64,000 bases of DNA. Source: Acidobacteriota bacterium. GTDB lineage: Bacteria > Acidobacteriota > Vicinamibacteria > Vicinamibacterales > UBA8438. Each line of letters opens with the position of its first letter. The first letter of the stretch is position 1. The notes beneath the pieces are model-generated. The model saw nothing but the letters and a program-made list of their open reading frames with translations. It did not search any database and had not been told where the DNA came from. The stretch is from positions 75,325-139,324 of the forward strand of contig VXME01000076.1 of the NCBI GenBank assembly GCA_009861545.1, given 5' to 3'. The position numbers and the translations under genes are program-made. Below, piece by piece: positions 18,001 to 26,058 of the stretch.

Positions 18001-18716
18001 GCACAATGGTCGACCGGCTCCGGATAGGTGTCCGGCGGCTCCGCCGCGTGCGCCTCGAAGCGCCGGCGGACGGCGCGGTAGTACGCGGAGTACTCCACGA
18101 CCGGGAAGCTTGCTTCTCGAGGCCCGTCGCTGCCGCCGAGCGCCATGTGCATTCGCTCCGGCGTGGTGCCTTGCACCTGGGCCAGCAGGTCCGAATACAG
18201 CAGAAGCTGGAGCAGCGCCTCGCCCTTTGCGACGCGGGCCAGCTTCGCGTCGAGCACCTCGTACGACCAGCCGCCCAGCGCGCTTGCTTCGTCCACCCGG
18301 AGCAGGAAATCGGGATAGCCGCTCCACTGCCCGTCGTCGTCTTGCAGGCGCCCCTGGTAGACGACGTCGACCCCGCGCCGCATCGTTTCCCGGGTGCGCG
18401 CCGCGGCTTCCTCCGGGTCGCGCTCCGAGAACGGCGACTCGGGTGGCGTGACGATTTCCACGGCGCGGCCTTCTGCCGCGAACCGTTCCAGAAGGCGCCG
18501 TTCGTGCTCGATCCCGCGTTGCTTCAGGACCTCCGCGCGGGGGTCGTCGTACGGCGTCGGCCGCTCGATCTCCCCGAGCGCGGCGGCGCGGCGCAGGCCC
18601 GTCAGGTGGGCACAGGAGAGGTGGCGGCTGAGGTCGGTGGCGGAGAACAGGAGTCGGCCGTCGGCGTGGCGCATCGGGCGGGACGATAGCACGGGTTGTG
18701 ACGGAGGACCGGTCAC
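15087..18716 (-). CDS. RecB/Cas4-like nuclease (TM0106-type) + RNase H-like domain + SF1 (Upf1/Dna2-like) helicase fusion, 1209 aa
   Basis: The N-terminus has LFSATDLSRHLSCAHL plus CALCDWKQGC, a Cas4/AddB-style Cys cluster. FFDLEGD lies in the middle. The C-terminal helicase motifs are GPPGSGKTYT, VLVIDEAGQM, LLGDPRQL, VDKFQGQE and NVATSRAR. GTG start at 18716; alternative ATG at 18674. Confidence 0.85.
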   Translation of the reverse strand: MTGPPSQPVLSSRPMRHADGRLLFSATDLSRHLSCAHLTGLRRAAALGEIERPTPYDDPRAEVLKQRGIEHERRLLERFAAEGRAVEIVTPPESPFSERDPEEAAARTRETMRRGVDVVYQGRLQDDDGQWSGYPDFLLRVDEASALGGWSYEVLDAKLARVAKGEALLQLLLYSDLLAQVQGTTPERMHMALGGSDGPREASFPVVEYSAYYRAVRRRFEAHAAEPPDTYPEPVDHCALCDWKQGCADRRRTDDHLSLVAGITRRQRRKLVDRGVTTMAGLGALDPTASPPPDGVSHDALLRIREQARIQDQGRREGRRMHELITPVQEDKGLAALPETSPGDLFFDLEGDAFAMNGGFEYLFGAADRHGRYDGCWALDEPAEKRAFERFIDRVTARWREYPGFHIYHYGAYETTAVKRLMSRYATREEEVDRLLRGRVFVDLHRVVRQGLRASVEGYSIKKLEPFYGFVRRIDLTTATRALVRFEAALESGEAHGTANALRAEIEGYNRDDCLSTLRLAEWLAGCRHDLEALTGQPVPRPAVRDEERDQERESAAEIAALFEALTAGLPEGDDGLDDEQRGRRLLAHLLEFHRREEKSMWWEFFDRCGFSAEEHVASRATLGALSYVGEVGQVKKSIVHRYRFPEQTHEIEVGDSPKNPDTAESDERKRGFCGTVVALDEAERTIDLKRGRNSPVPQPTALVPLDAVNSQVLRDSLLRLGRDMASDGFAAESARRAAFDLLRRVPPRLETAKPRANPLSLFPLEDGAAPEDAVALENLVAPEEAPLDAVRRIAPRLDRSVLPVQGPPGSGKTYTGARMILDLLAGGKRVGVTANSHKVISNLLGAVCRAMDERPGEGARPGREQSGVAAEPAAVDVRGIQKANDGDGCPDERIVRTHSNETVAEALSNGDANLAGGTAWLWSRPEMADAVDVLVIDEAGQMSLANTLAVCQAAQSLVLLGDPRQLDQPIQGVHPPGADVSALGHLLGESATVGPSRGVFLEHTWRMHPEVCAFTTEQFYEGRLGTRPELARQTVVGPGPLAGHGLRFVPVEHAGNTNASTEEADRVAALFGELLAAGAAWIDKEGEQKLLTLRDILVVAPYNAHVAALRAALPEGARVGTVDKFQGQEASIAIYSMATSTADEAPRGMAFLYSLHRLNVATSRARCVAAIVASPDLLTPDCRTPEQMRLANPFCRFLELAKTTLSAP

Positions 18717-18826
18717 GCGGGCCTCGCGATGGGATCCGGATCGTTAGAGGCCATGTCCGGCGGCGTCTGGTACGATTCCGTCGTGGTGGGAGCTGCGATG
18801 AACCGTGGACCGGACGGCGCGACCGC

Positions 18827-19081
18827 ATGAGCCGAAGCCGGCTGCTTCTACAGCGGATTCTCGCCGGTCGCTCGGATGCGAATCTGCGCTTCGACGACCT
18901 GCGTGTCTTGCTCCGGGAACTTGGATTCATCGAACGCGTGCGGGGAAGCCATCACATATTCAGGAGGGAGGGTGTTACCGAGAGAATCAACTTGCAGCGT
19001 GACAATGGCCAGGCCAAGCCCTATCAGGTGCGGCAGGTGCGTCACGTGATCCTGAAGTACGGGCTGAAGGTGAACGAGTGA
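18827..19081 (+). CDS. hicA: HicA-family mRNA interferase toxin
   Basis: Start ATG 18827. FDDLRVLLRELGFIERVRGSHHIF and a KPYQVRQVRHVI-type C-terminus are typical of HicA (YcfA-like). Overlaps the next gene. Confidence 0.85.
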   Translation: MSRSRLLLQRILAGRSDANLRFDDLRVLLRELGFIERVRGSHHIFRREGVTERINLQRDNGQAKPYQVRQVRHVILKYGLKVNE

Positions 19082-19293
19082 TGTACAAGTACGAGATCAT
19101 TCTCTACTGGAGCAAGGTCGATGGCGTGTTCGTTGCCGAGGTGCCCGAGCTTCCCGGGTGCATGGCGCACGGCGACACGCAGGAAGCCGCTCTCGGTAAT
19201 GTCAACGAGGCGATGGAACTCTGGATCGATACGGCGAGAGAATCAGGTGACCCCATACCGGAGCCCAAGGGTGAACGTCTGATGTTGGCATAG
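19078..19293 (+). CDS. hicB: HicB-family antitoxin (UPF0150 fold, short form)
   Basis: YKYEIILYWSKVDGVFVAEVPELPGCMAHGDTQEAALGNVNEAMELWI. GTG 19078 or ATG 19081 overlaps the hicA stop. Confidence 0.85.
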   Translation: MMYKYEIILYWSKVDGVFVAEVPELPGCMAHGDTQEAALGNVNEAMELWIDTARESGDPIPEPKGERLMLA

Positions 19294-19342
19294 CGAAGAC
19301 GGCCGCCGCTCATCGTGTCGAGCATCCGGGAGGGGGGCTGTC

Positions 19343-20140
19343 GTGAGGGTGGAAGGACTCGCGGCCCGGGTCACGCCCGACTCGTGTCGGGACCCGGTGC
19401 CGGGACCAGATTGGTTCGGTACGTTGGCCGAATGGAGCGTTCTCGATTCGGATGCCGTCTCGGAGTTGCAGGAACGTGGCTTTGCGATCCTTCCCAGCGC
19501 GGTGCCGTCCGGCGAGATGGAACAGTTGGTTGCTGCCTACCACCGGGTGGAGGCTTTGGCGACGGGCGACGACGTCAGTATCGGCAGCACTTCGACGAGG
19601 GTGACCGACTTCGTCAATCGCGGGGCGGAGTTCGGTCGACTGTACGTGTTGCCGCAGCTGCTCGACGCGTGCTGCCGCGTCATCGCAAGACCGTTCAAGC
19701 TCAGCACGCTGCACGCACGGACGCTGCCGCCGGGCGCGGCCGCCCAGGCCCTGCACGTCGACGTAGGGCGACACTCGTCCGAGTGGCCGCTCATGGGCTT
19801 CATCCTGAGGGTCGATGACTTTCGGCCGGACAACGGCGCGACGCGGTTCGTTCCGGGTTCGCATCGGTGGCCACGTGCGCCCCGGGACTCGATGGCCGAT
19901 GTGACGGTAGAACACGACGAGCAGGTATTGGCCTGCGGCTCTGCCGGGTCGCTGGTGGTCTTCAACGGGTCGACGTGGCACGGCCACACGGCCAATGTAT
20001 CGAACGAGCCGCGACGATCGCTCCAGGGCGCGTTCGTTCCCCGGGACGGTCGCGCAGCAACCGACTTCGCGGCCCGCATGCAATCGGAGACGCGCAAACG
20101 GCTTGGCCCGCTCGCGCGGTACGTGCTTGCGCTAGGATGA
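19343..20140 (+). CDS. phytanoyl-CoA dioxygenase (PhyH) family Fe(II)/2-oxoglutarate oxygenase
   Basis: GTG start. HxD in ALHVDVG, GATRFVPGSHRW and the distal His in STWHGHTAN. Confidence 0.8.
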   Translation: MRVEGLAARVTPDSCRDPVPGPDWFGTLAEWSVLDSDAVSELQERGFAILPSAVPSGEMEQLVAAYHRVEALATGDDVSIGSTSTRVTDFVNRGAEFGRLYVLPQLLDACCRVIARPFKLSTLHARTLPPGAAAQALHVDVGRHSSEWPLMGFILRVDDFRPDNGATRFVPGSHRWPRAPRDSMADVTVEHDEQVLACGSAGSLVVFNGSTWHGHTANVSNEPRRSLQGAFVPRDGRAATDFAARMQSETRKRLGPLARYVLALG

Positions 20141-20153
20141 TTGAGGGTCTCTC

Positions 20154-20408
20154 GTGCATCTTGATGACGATTCACTGCTCGCCGAACCGGGCATCCGGCG
20201 AGCGTTCGCCACGGCGCTGTATCGCGACCGCAGCCTGTCGCTCGGACAGGCCGCGCGATTCTCGGAGCTCAGCATCGCCGAGTTCATCCGGCACGTGTCT
20301 CGGCTCGGGATTCCTGTCGTCGGTGGCACTTCGGACACCGTCCGCGAGGACGCCGAGGCGATCATCGAATGGCGGGGCGGCTCGTCGCAGCCGACGCGAG
20401 CCCGTTGA
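20154..20408 (+). CDS. UPF0175 family antitoxin-like protein
   Basis: RRAFATALYRDRSLSLGQAARFSELSIAEFIRHVSRLGIPV is the typical UPF0175 HTH pattern. Confidence 0.75.
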   Translation: MHLDDDSLLAEPGIRRAFATALYRDRSLSLGQAARFSELSIAEFIRHVSRLGIPVVGGTSDTVREDAEAIIEWRGGSSQPTRAR

Positions 20409-20419
20409 TAGGCCCTGTC
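20369..20419 (+). pseudogene. 17-codon remnant of a DUF3368 (PIN-like) toxin gene, fused in frame to the DUF2283 gene
   Basis: MAGRLVAADASPLIG matches the characteristic N-terminus (..vvDasPLIaL..) of the DUF3368 partners of UPF0175. It overlaps the UPF0175 3' end as intact pairs do, and the sequence then switches to DUF2283. Confidence 0.45.
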
Positions 20420-20635
20420 ATGAAGCTGCACTACTACGCCGACACCGATAGTCTTTATGTTGAGTTGAAGTCATCATCAGGGACGGAGACGCGCGAGGTC
20501 GCGAGTGGGTTCAACGTTGACCTCGATGCCAACGGAGAGGTCGTGGGGTTCGACATCGACCATGCCTCCAGGCGCCTCGAGCTCTCGACGCTGGAGACGA
20601 GAGCGCTGCCCATCCAGGTGTACAGGGCCGGGTGA
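20420..20635 (+). CDS. DUF2283 domain protein
   Basis: MKLHYYADTDSLYVELKSSSG...NVDLDANGEVVGFDIDHAS is the canonical DUF2283 pattern. Confidence 0.75.
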   Translation: MKLHYYADTDSLYVELKSSSGTETREVASGFNVDLDANGEVVGFDIDHASRRLELSTLETRALPIQVYRAG

Positions 20636-20689
20636 AGGCGTGTTGACCAAGCGCCCCTGGAGAGTGTGACTCGGACGTCAGGAGACAAG

Positions 20690-21586
20690 ATGGCGATTCC
20701 GGACTACCAGACCATCATGTTGCCTTTGCTTGAAGTGGCTGGGGACAACGAGGTTCATCGGGTTCGGGATGCGGTGGACGATCTTGCCGAGCGCTTCAGG
20801 CTCACCGAGGAGGAGAGGCAACAACTGATGCCTGATGGCCGGCGGGCCAGATTCAAGTACAACGTCGCCTGGTCCCGAACCTACCTGAAGAAGGCTGGTC
20901 TGCTGGAGGATCCTCGGCGCGGAGAATTCCGGATCACCCAACGAGGTCGTAAGGTTCTTGCTGGCAAGCCCGCTAGAATCGACACCAAGCTCCTTCAGAA
21001 GTTCAAGGAGTTCAAGGACTTCATCGGCAAGGACCAGTCGTCAATGCAAGGGGGGACAGACCCCGAGTTGACGCCGGAGGAGGCTATACAGGCTGCTCAC
21101 ACGACGCTGCAAAAGAGTCTTGCAGCAGACCTTCTCGATCAAGTGAAACGGGCGTCTCCTGCCTTCTTTGAGCAGCTTGTAGTAGATGTCCTGGTCCACA
21201 TGGGCTACGGAGGTTCGCGGCAGGAAGCGGGGGAGGCCATCGGGCAGGCGGGAGACGAAGGCATCGACGGCATCATCAAGGAGGACCGTCTGGGTCTGGA
21301 CATCATCTACATTCAAGCCAAGCGTTGGGCGAATACCGTGGGGCGTCCTGAGGTGCAGAGGTTTGCCGGCGCCCTGGCAGGAAAACGAGCACGCAAGGGC
21401 GTCTTCATAACAACGTCCTCGTTCTCCGGCGAGGCGGTAGCCTATGCGGCCAGCATTGAGACCAAGGTAATCCTCATCGCGGGGGCACAGCTCGCGGAGT
21501 TGATGATCGACTATGGGGTCGGCGTCACGACCGAAGCCACGTACGAGCTGAAGCGAATCGATGCGGACTACTTTGCCGATGAATGA
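20690..21586 (+). CDS. mrr: Mrr-type restriction endonuclease (Mrr_N winged helix + Mrr catalytic domain)
   Basis: ATG 20690 follows GGAGA. MAIPDYQTIMLPLLEVAG (Mrr_N) and the catalytic core GDEGIDGII...IYIQAKRW are present. Confidence 0.9.
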   Translation: MAIPDYQTIMLPLLEVAGDNEVHRVRDAVDDLAERFRLTEEERQQLMPDGRRARFKYNVAWSRTYLKKAGLLEDPRRGEFRITQRGRKVLAGKPARIDTKLLQKFKEFKDFIGKDQSSMQGGTDPELTPEEAIQAAHTTLQKSLAADLLDQVKRASPAFFEQLVVDVLVHMGYGGSRQEAGEAIGQAGDEGIDGIIKEDRLGLDIIYIQAKRWANTVGRPEVQRFAGALAGKRARKGVFITTSSFSGEAVAYAASIETKVILIAGAQLAELMIDYGVGVTTEATYELKRIDADYFADE

Positions 21587-21659
21587 CCACGGATGGTCGT
21601 ATCCAAGGCTGACGGAAGACGAAACCTCAGAAAGTGAGCCGATGTGTGGCGTCGGTGCG

Positions 21660-24600
21660 TCACTCCAGCAGACCGGCCATCGCGGTTGCCGCATCGAGGC
21701 CGCCGTCCGACTCGGAGAGATGCTGCCGCTGCGTGCCGGTGAGCCACTCCACCTGGCTGCCGGTGGCATGGCGTGTCACCGCGAGGACGTGTTCGACCTG
21801 TTCCGCTACCGCGCGGACGTGGGAGATCACGCCCACCATGCGGCCGCCGGCCGCTACGGTGTTCAGCGCTTCGACCGCCGTGTCGAGATTGTTGCGATCC
21901 AGAGAGCCGAATCCCTCGTCCAGGAACAGCGATTCCAGCCGGCCGCCGCTGCGCGCCATCATCTCGACCATGCCGAGCGCGAGCGACAGCGAGGCGATGA
22001 ACTGTTCGCCGCCGGACAGGCTGGCCGGGGATCGGTCCTGGCCGGAATCCGCATCCAGCACGCGCCACTGTTCGTCGGCGTCGCCGGGATCCACGAAAGC
22101 GTACTTGCCGTTGCTCATCTCGCCGAGCATCCGCGACGCGTGAACCAGGAGGCGTCGCGAGCGCCGTAGCGTCAGCCATTTCAGGAAGGCGCCCGGCTTC
22201 AGGGCGTCCTCCAGGTCGCCCAGCGCCCGTTCCCTTCCCAGAACCTCCTGGAGCAGCGTGCGCAGGCGGCGGACGTCGTCGATGATCGCTGCGAAGTGCT
22301 CTGCCGACTCCCTGGCGCGGCGCTCGGCGAAGCGGGCGTCGTCGGCCCGCGCGCGTGCGGCGGCCACGACCGCCTCGATATCGCGGACGTCGATCTCGGC
22401 GCCCAGCCGTTCGGCGAGGGCGGCGAGCGCCTCGCGGGCGGCGGCGGCCTTGTCGGAAGCGGCCCGTGAATGCTCGTCGGCGGAGCGGGCCGTCCCCGCG
22501 GCCTGCCTGCCGATCTCGCCGATATGCGACTCCAGCGCCGCCGCGTTTCTCGCCGAGACGGCCGCGGGGACGTTCGTGTCGAGGCCCAGCCGGCTGACCG
22601 ACTCGACGAGGAGGTCGCGGTGGGCATGGAGGTCCGCGACCAGCGCGTCGATGGGCGCGTCAACGTCGTTCGCCCGCCGGGTCGCCAGCGTCGAGCGGGC
22701 TTCTCGAACGCCGTCGAGCTCATGTCGCAGGCGGTCCTGCTCGCGCTTTCGCGCCCCCAGGACCTGGGCGCGCTGCTGTGCCGACCCGGTCCGCTCGCCG
22801 ACTGGGCCCAGATCCACTTCGTGCAGATCCGCAACGTCGGCAGGCAGATCCAGGCCGGGCCGGAACGGCTGCGGAATGGTCCGTATCGTCGCAAGTAGTC
22901 TCTCCAGGGCTTTCTCACCGGTTCGCCGGGTACGCTCGACCAGCGCTCTCGCGTTGGAGGCGGCCTCCTGAGCCACGCCCGCGGCCTTGTCCTGCCGGGT
23001 AGCGTTCTCCCGCAAGTCCTCGCCGACGCGATCGTGCTCGGCCAGGCGCTCGGCGGTCTCCTTGCGCGTTGCCTCCAGAGGGGCGATCAAGGCGTCCCGC
23101 GTGGGAAGCGGTGCGGCGGTGTCGAGTTCGACTTCCCGCGCCAACTCCTGCAGAGCGTTCCGGAATCGAGTCCCGGACGCGGTGCGTCTGGCCTCGGTGT
23201 CGGCCATCTGGCGTTGGATACCTTTTCGCTCGGCGTCGAGTGACGTTGCCCGGCCGGCTGCTTTTCTCGCGGCATCGTGCGCCGCCTTGGCGACCTGCCG
23301 GGCCTCGGTGAGTCTCATGCCGTCGGGCGCCTCCCAGTCGGCGGTGAGACGGCGGCGGCAGATCGGACAGGCGTCGCCCGGGTGCAGATCGTGCGCCGCG
23401 GCCGCCGCCGATTCCGCACGCTGCGCGACGGCCAGATGCTCGTCGGCGCTTGCGGCCTCCAGCGTCGCGCGGCGCTCCGACTCCCGTGCCGATTCCAGCC
23501 CTCGCCCGCAATCGGCTTCCTCCGTCCGGAGTACATCTGCCTGCTTGCGGACGTGGTCCAGCTCGGCGGCAAGCTCGGCGCAGCGAGCGTGTTTTTGCTC
23601 GACGGAGGCCCGGCGCTCGTTCGCCGTCCGCGCGGCCTCGTCCAGAGGCGGGCGTTTGGCGGCGTGTTCCTCGTCCTGCTTCTCCGCGTCCGCAGCGCTC
23701 TCGGCCGCGTGCTGTGCCTCGGTCTGCGTCTTCGCCGCGTCCTCCACGCTGGCGCGGAGCGTGGCGGCGGCTTCCTCACCGGCCTTCGCGAGGGAGGGCA
23801 GGCCTTGCAGCGTTGTCAGGGCCGCCGTGACCGCTTCGCTTGTCGGGCCGTCGTCGGCCGGGATGCGAGCCAGTGCGTCCTCCAGGTGCGCCTGACGCTC
23901 CTTCAGTGCCGCGTCTTCCGCGGCGAGCTGTCGTTCGATGGCAGCGATGGGCGCCAGCCGGCCGGCGGCCTGCTCGGTATCCAGAGCGCGCAGCCGCTCG
24001 GCGACGTCGGAGGCCGTTTGCCGCGCCTTGTCCGCCGCCAATACGGCCTCGCGGCCGGCGGATGCCGCCTGCTCGTCGTCGGATGCCGCCGCCGCCAGCC
24101 GTCGGGCCGTCTCCGCGGTCTCCTGGAGGTGCTTCAGATGAGATGCAGGATCTTCCGGATACCCCGACGCGGCCTGCTCCAGTTGAATCCGCAGCGTCTC
24201 GGTCTCCCGCCGCGCCTTGCCGGCCAGCTCTCCGGCCTCCTCCAGCTCGTCGGTGCGCCATACCTGCCGCAGTATTCGGCTCCGGTCGCGCGGCTCGTCC
24301 TCCACCAGCAGGCGCGCGAAACGGCCTTGTGGGAGGACGACGGTGCGCAGGAAGGCATCGCTGTCGAGTCCCAGGAGTTCCTCGATGCGCTCGTTGACGC
24401 GCCGGACCTGCTCGACCTGCTCGACCGTCGCGTCGTCGTCGCCGACTCGCCGAAGCAGTGCCCGTACCTGGCCGACGTCGCCCTGGCCGCCGCGTCGCAG
24501 CGTACGGGTCACCTCCCAGGTCTCGCCGGATACCCGGAACCGCAGCACGACCCGCAGGTGGACCGACGTGTCGTTCATCAGCTCCTGGTTGGCGCGCGCC

Positions 24601-24800
24601 GTGAATGTCGTTTGCCCGTACAGCGCGTAAGTGATCGCCTCCAGGATCGAGGACTTGCCCGCCCCGGTGTCGCCGACGATGGCGATGTGGTCGCGGCCGG
24701 TGAAATCGATGGTCGGCCTGCGGGGGGTGGTGCCGCCGTCCTGCGCGGGCGGTGTCCGGAACGACCGCAGCCCTTCGATGGTGAGCTGGAGGGGGCGCAT
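21660..24800 (-). CDS. sbcC: SbcC/Rad50-like SMC ATPase
   Basis: Walker A GDTGAGKSS, a long coiled coil with zinc hook CPICRR, signature LSGGEQF and Walker B LFLDEGFGSLD. Confidence 0.9.
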   Translation of the reverse strand: MRPLQLTIEGLRSFRTPPAQDGGTTPRRPTIDFTGRDHIAIVGDTGAGKSSILEAITYALYGQTTFTARANQELMNDTSVHLRVVLRFRVSGETWEVTRTLRRGGQGDVGQVRALLRRVGDDDATVEQVEQVRRVNERIEELLGLDSDAFLRTVVLPQGRFARLLVEDEPRDRSRILRQVWRTDELEEAGELAGKARRETETLRIQLEQAASGYPEDPASHLKHLQETAETARRLAAAASDDEQAASAGREAVLAADKARQTASDVAERLRALDTEQAAGRLAPIAAIERQLAAEDAALKERQAHLEDALARIPADDGPTSEAVTAALTTLQGLPSLAKAGEEAAATLRASVEDAAKTQTEAQHAAESAADAEKQDEEHAAKRPPLDEAARTANERRASVEQKHARCAELAAELDHVRKQADVLRTEEADCGRGLESARESERRATLEAASADEHLAVAQRAESAAAAAHDLHPGDACPICRRRLTADWEAPDGMRLTEARQVAKAAHDAARKAAGRATSLDAERKGIQRQMADTEARRTASGTRFRNALQELAREVELDTAAPLPTRDALIAPLEATRKETAERLAEHDRVGEDLRENATRQDKAAGVAQEAASNARALVERTRRTGEKALERLLATIRTIPQPFRPGLDLPADVADLHEVDLGPVGERTGSAQQRAQVLGARKREQDRLRHELDGVREARSTLATRRANDVDAPIDALVADLHAHRDLLVESVSRLGLDTNVPAAVSARNAAALESHIGEIGRQAAGTARSADEHSRAASDKAAAAREALAALAERLGAEIDVRDIEAVVAAARARADDARFAERRARESAEHFAAIIDDVRRLRTLLQEVLGRERALGDLEDALKPGAFLKWLTLRRSRRLLVHASRMLGEMSNGKYAFVDPGDADEQWRVLDADSGQDRSPASLSGGEQFIASLSLALGMVEMMARSGGRLESLFLDEGFGSLDRNNLDTAVEALNTVAAGGRMVGVISHVRAVAEQVEHVLAVTRHATGSQVEWLTGTQRQHLSESDGGLDAATAMAGLLE

Positions 24801-24801
24801 C

Positions 24802-26058
24802 TCAGGCGCCCCTTCCGTCCCGTTTGGACGCGAGGGCGTGCAGCGTCTCCTGCGCGTTCAGCTTGAGGGGGGTGAGTCCGAAGTCGGCCGCCGCCGCCTG
24901 GCCGGCGCTGCCCAGGGCCTGCGCGAAGAGCGCGCCGACCGCTTCGTGGGGCGCCTTGATCCCGCGCGCCGCGGTGGTGCGCCACTCCGTGAACAACTCG
25001 TCGAGCGCCGGTTCCGCGTCGCCCTCGCCGGCGGTGTCTATCGGCTTCACCGGCTGGTTCGTGATGGTGTTGATCAGCTCGAACACCGTGCACCGCGGCG
25101 ACCATTCGGCCAGCCGGTCCGCGAGGTCGGGGATGGGATCGTCGGAGACCACCCGCGCCTTCAGTATGCAGCCGTCGAGCCCACCGTTCGCGGCGCGGGT
25201 CTCGAGGTCCGCCAGCGTGCCGGCGAACTCGGTGAGAGGCCGCCCGCCCGGCAGGTCGTGCGTGTTCACCTCGACGCCGTCCCCGATGTTCACCAGCACC
25301 GCGTGCTTTGCCTGCCTGCGCTCACCGAAGTCCAGGGGGATGAGTGAGCCCGCGTAGCGTCCCTGCGCCGTGCCGCCCGGCAGGAGCTGCGGGTCGTGGA
25401 TGTGGCCGAAGGCGCAGTACAGCGCGCGCTGGAGTCCCTCGACGTGCGTGGCGTAGTCCTCGCCGACCGTGATCCGCCGCTCCGACTTGCCCGGCCGGGC
25501 GCCCTGCACGTGCAGGTGCGCGGCGTAGAGGACGATGCCGCGGGCGCCCGCTTCCCGGTGCGCTTCGTCGAGCAGGCGCTGGTTCAACGTCTTGACGCCG
25601 TCCGCGTAGTTGCCCTCGAAGCGCGCCGGATCGTCCGTCGCGAACTGCGCGATCGCACTCGGCTGAATGAACGGCACGCAGACCACGGCTACCGGGGCGT
25701 CCGAGATCGCTGGAAACGGCAGCACCTGCGGCGTGGCCACCAGCCACAGCCGGCGCGGGGTAGCGGCCCCGGCGAGGTCGTCGATCACGCGGAACAGCAT
25801 CGACGAGTCGTGGTTGCCAGCGATCACGACCGTAGGCGCCAGCTCTGCCAGCCGTCTCAAGGCGCGCACGCCGAGCCGTAGCGCCTCGTACGGCGGCCGG
25901 GACGCGTCGAAGAGGTCGCCCGTATGCAGGATCAGGTCGGGCCGCGCCGACTTGGCGATGTCCAGCAGTCCGCGGAGAGCCTCTTCATGATCCGGCGCGC
26001 GGTCGTGCCGGCCGAGCTTCGCTCCCAGGTGCCAGTCGGAGGTGTGGAGCAGCTTCAC
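24802..26058 (-). CDS. sbcD: SbcD/Mre11-like nuclease
   Basis: GTG start at 26058 inside ORF 24802..27189. Phosphoesterase motifs DWHLG, GDLFD, GNHD, AHLH and GHIHD are present. The stop lies 1 nt before the sbcC ATG. Confidence 0.9.
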   Translation of the reverse strand: MKLLHTSDWHLGAKLGRHDRAPDHEEALRGLLDIAKSARPDLILHTGDLFDASRPPYEALRLGVRALRRLAELAPTVVIAGNHDSSMLFRVIDDLAGAATPRRLWLVATPQVLPFPAISDAPVAVVCVPFIQPSAIAQFATDDPARFEGNYADGVKTLNQRLLDEAHREAGARGIVLYAAHLHVQGARPGKSERRITVGEDYATHVEGLQRALYCAFGHIHDPQLLPGGTAQGRYAGSLIPLDFGERRQAKHAVLVNIGDGVEVNTHDLPGGRPLTEFAGTLADLETRAANGGLDGCILKARVVSDDPIPDLADRLAEWSPRCTVFELINTITNQPVKPIDTAGEGDAEPALDELFTEWRTTAARGIKAPHEAVGALFAQALGSAGQAAAADFGLTPLKLNAQETLHALASKRDGRGA

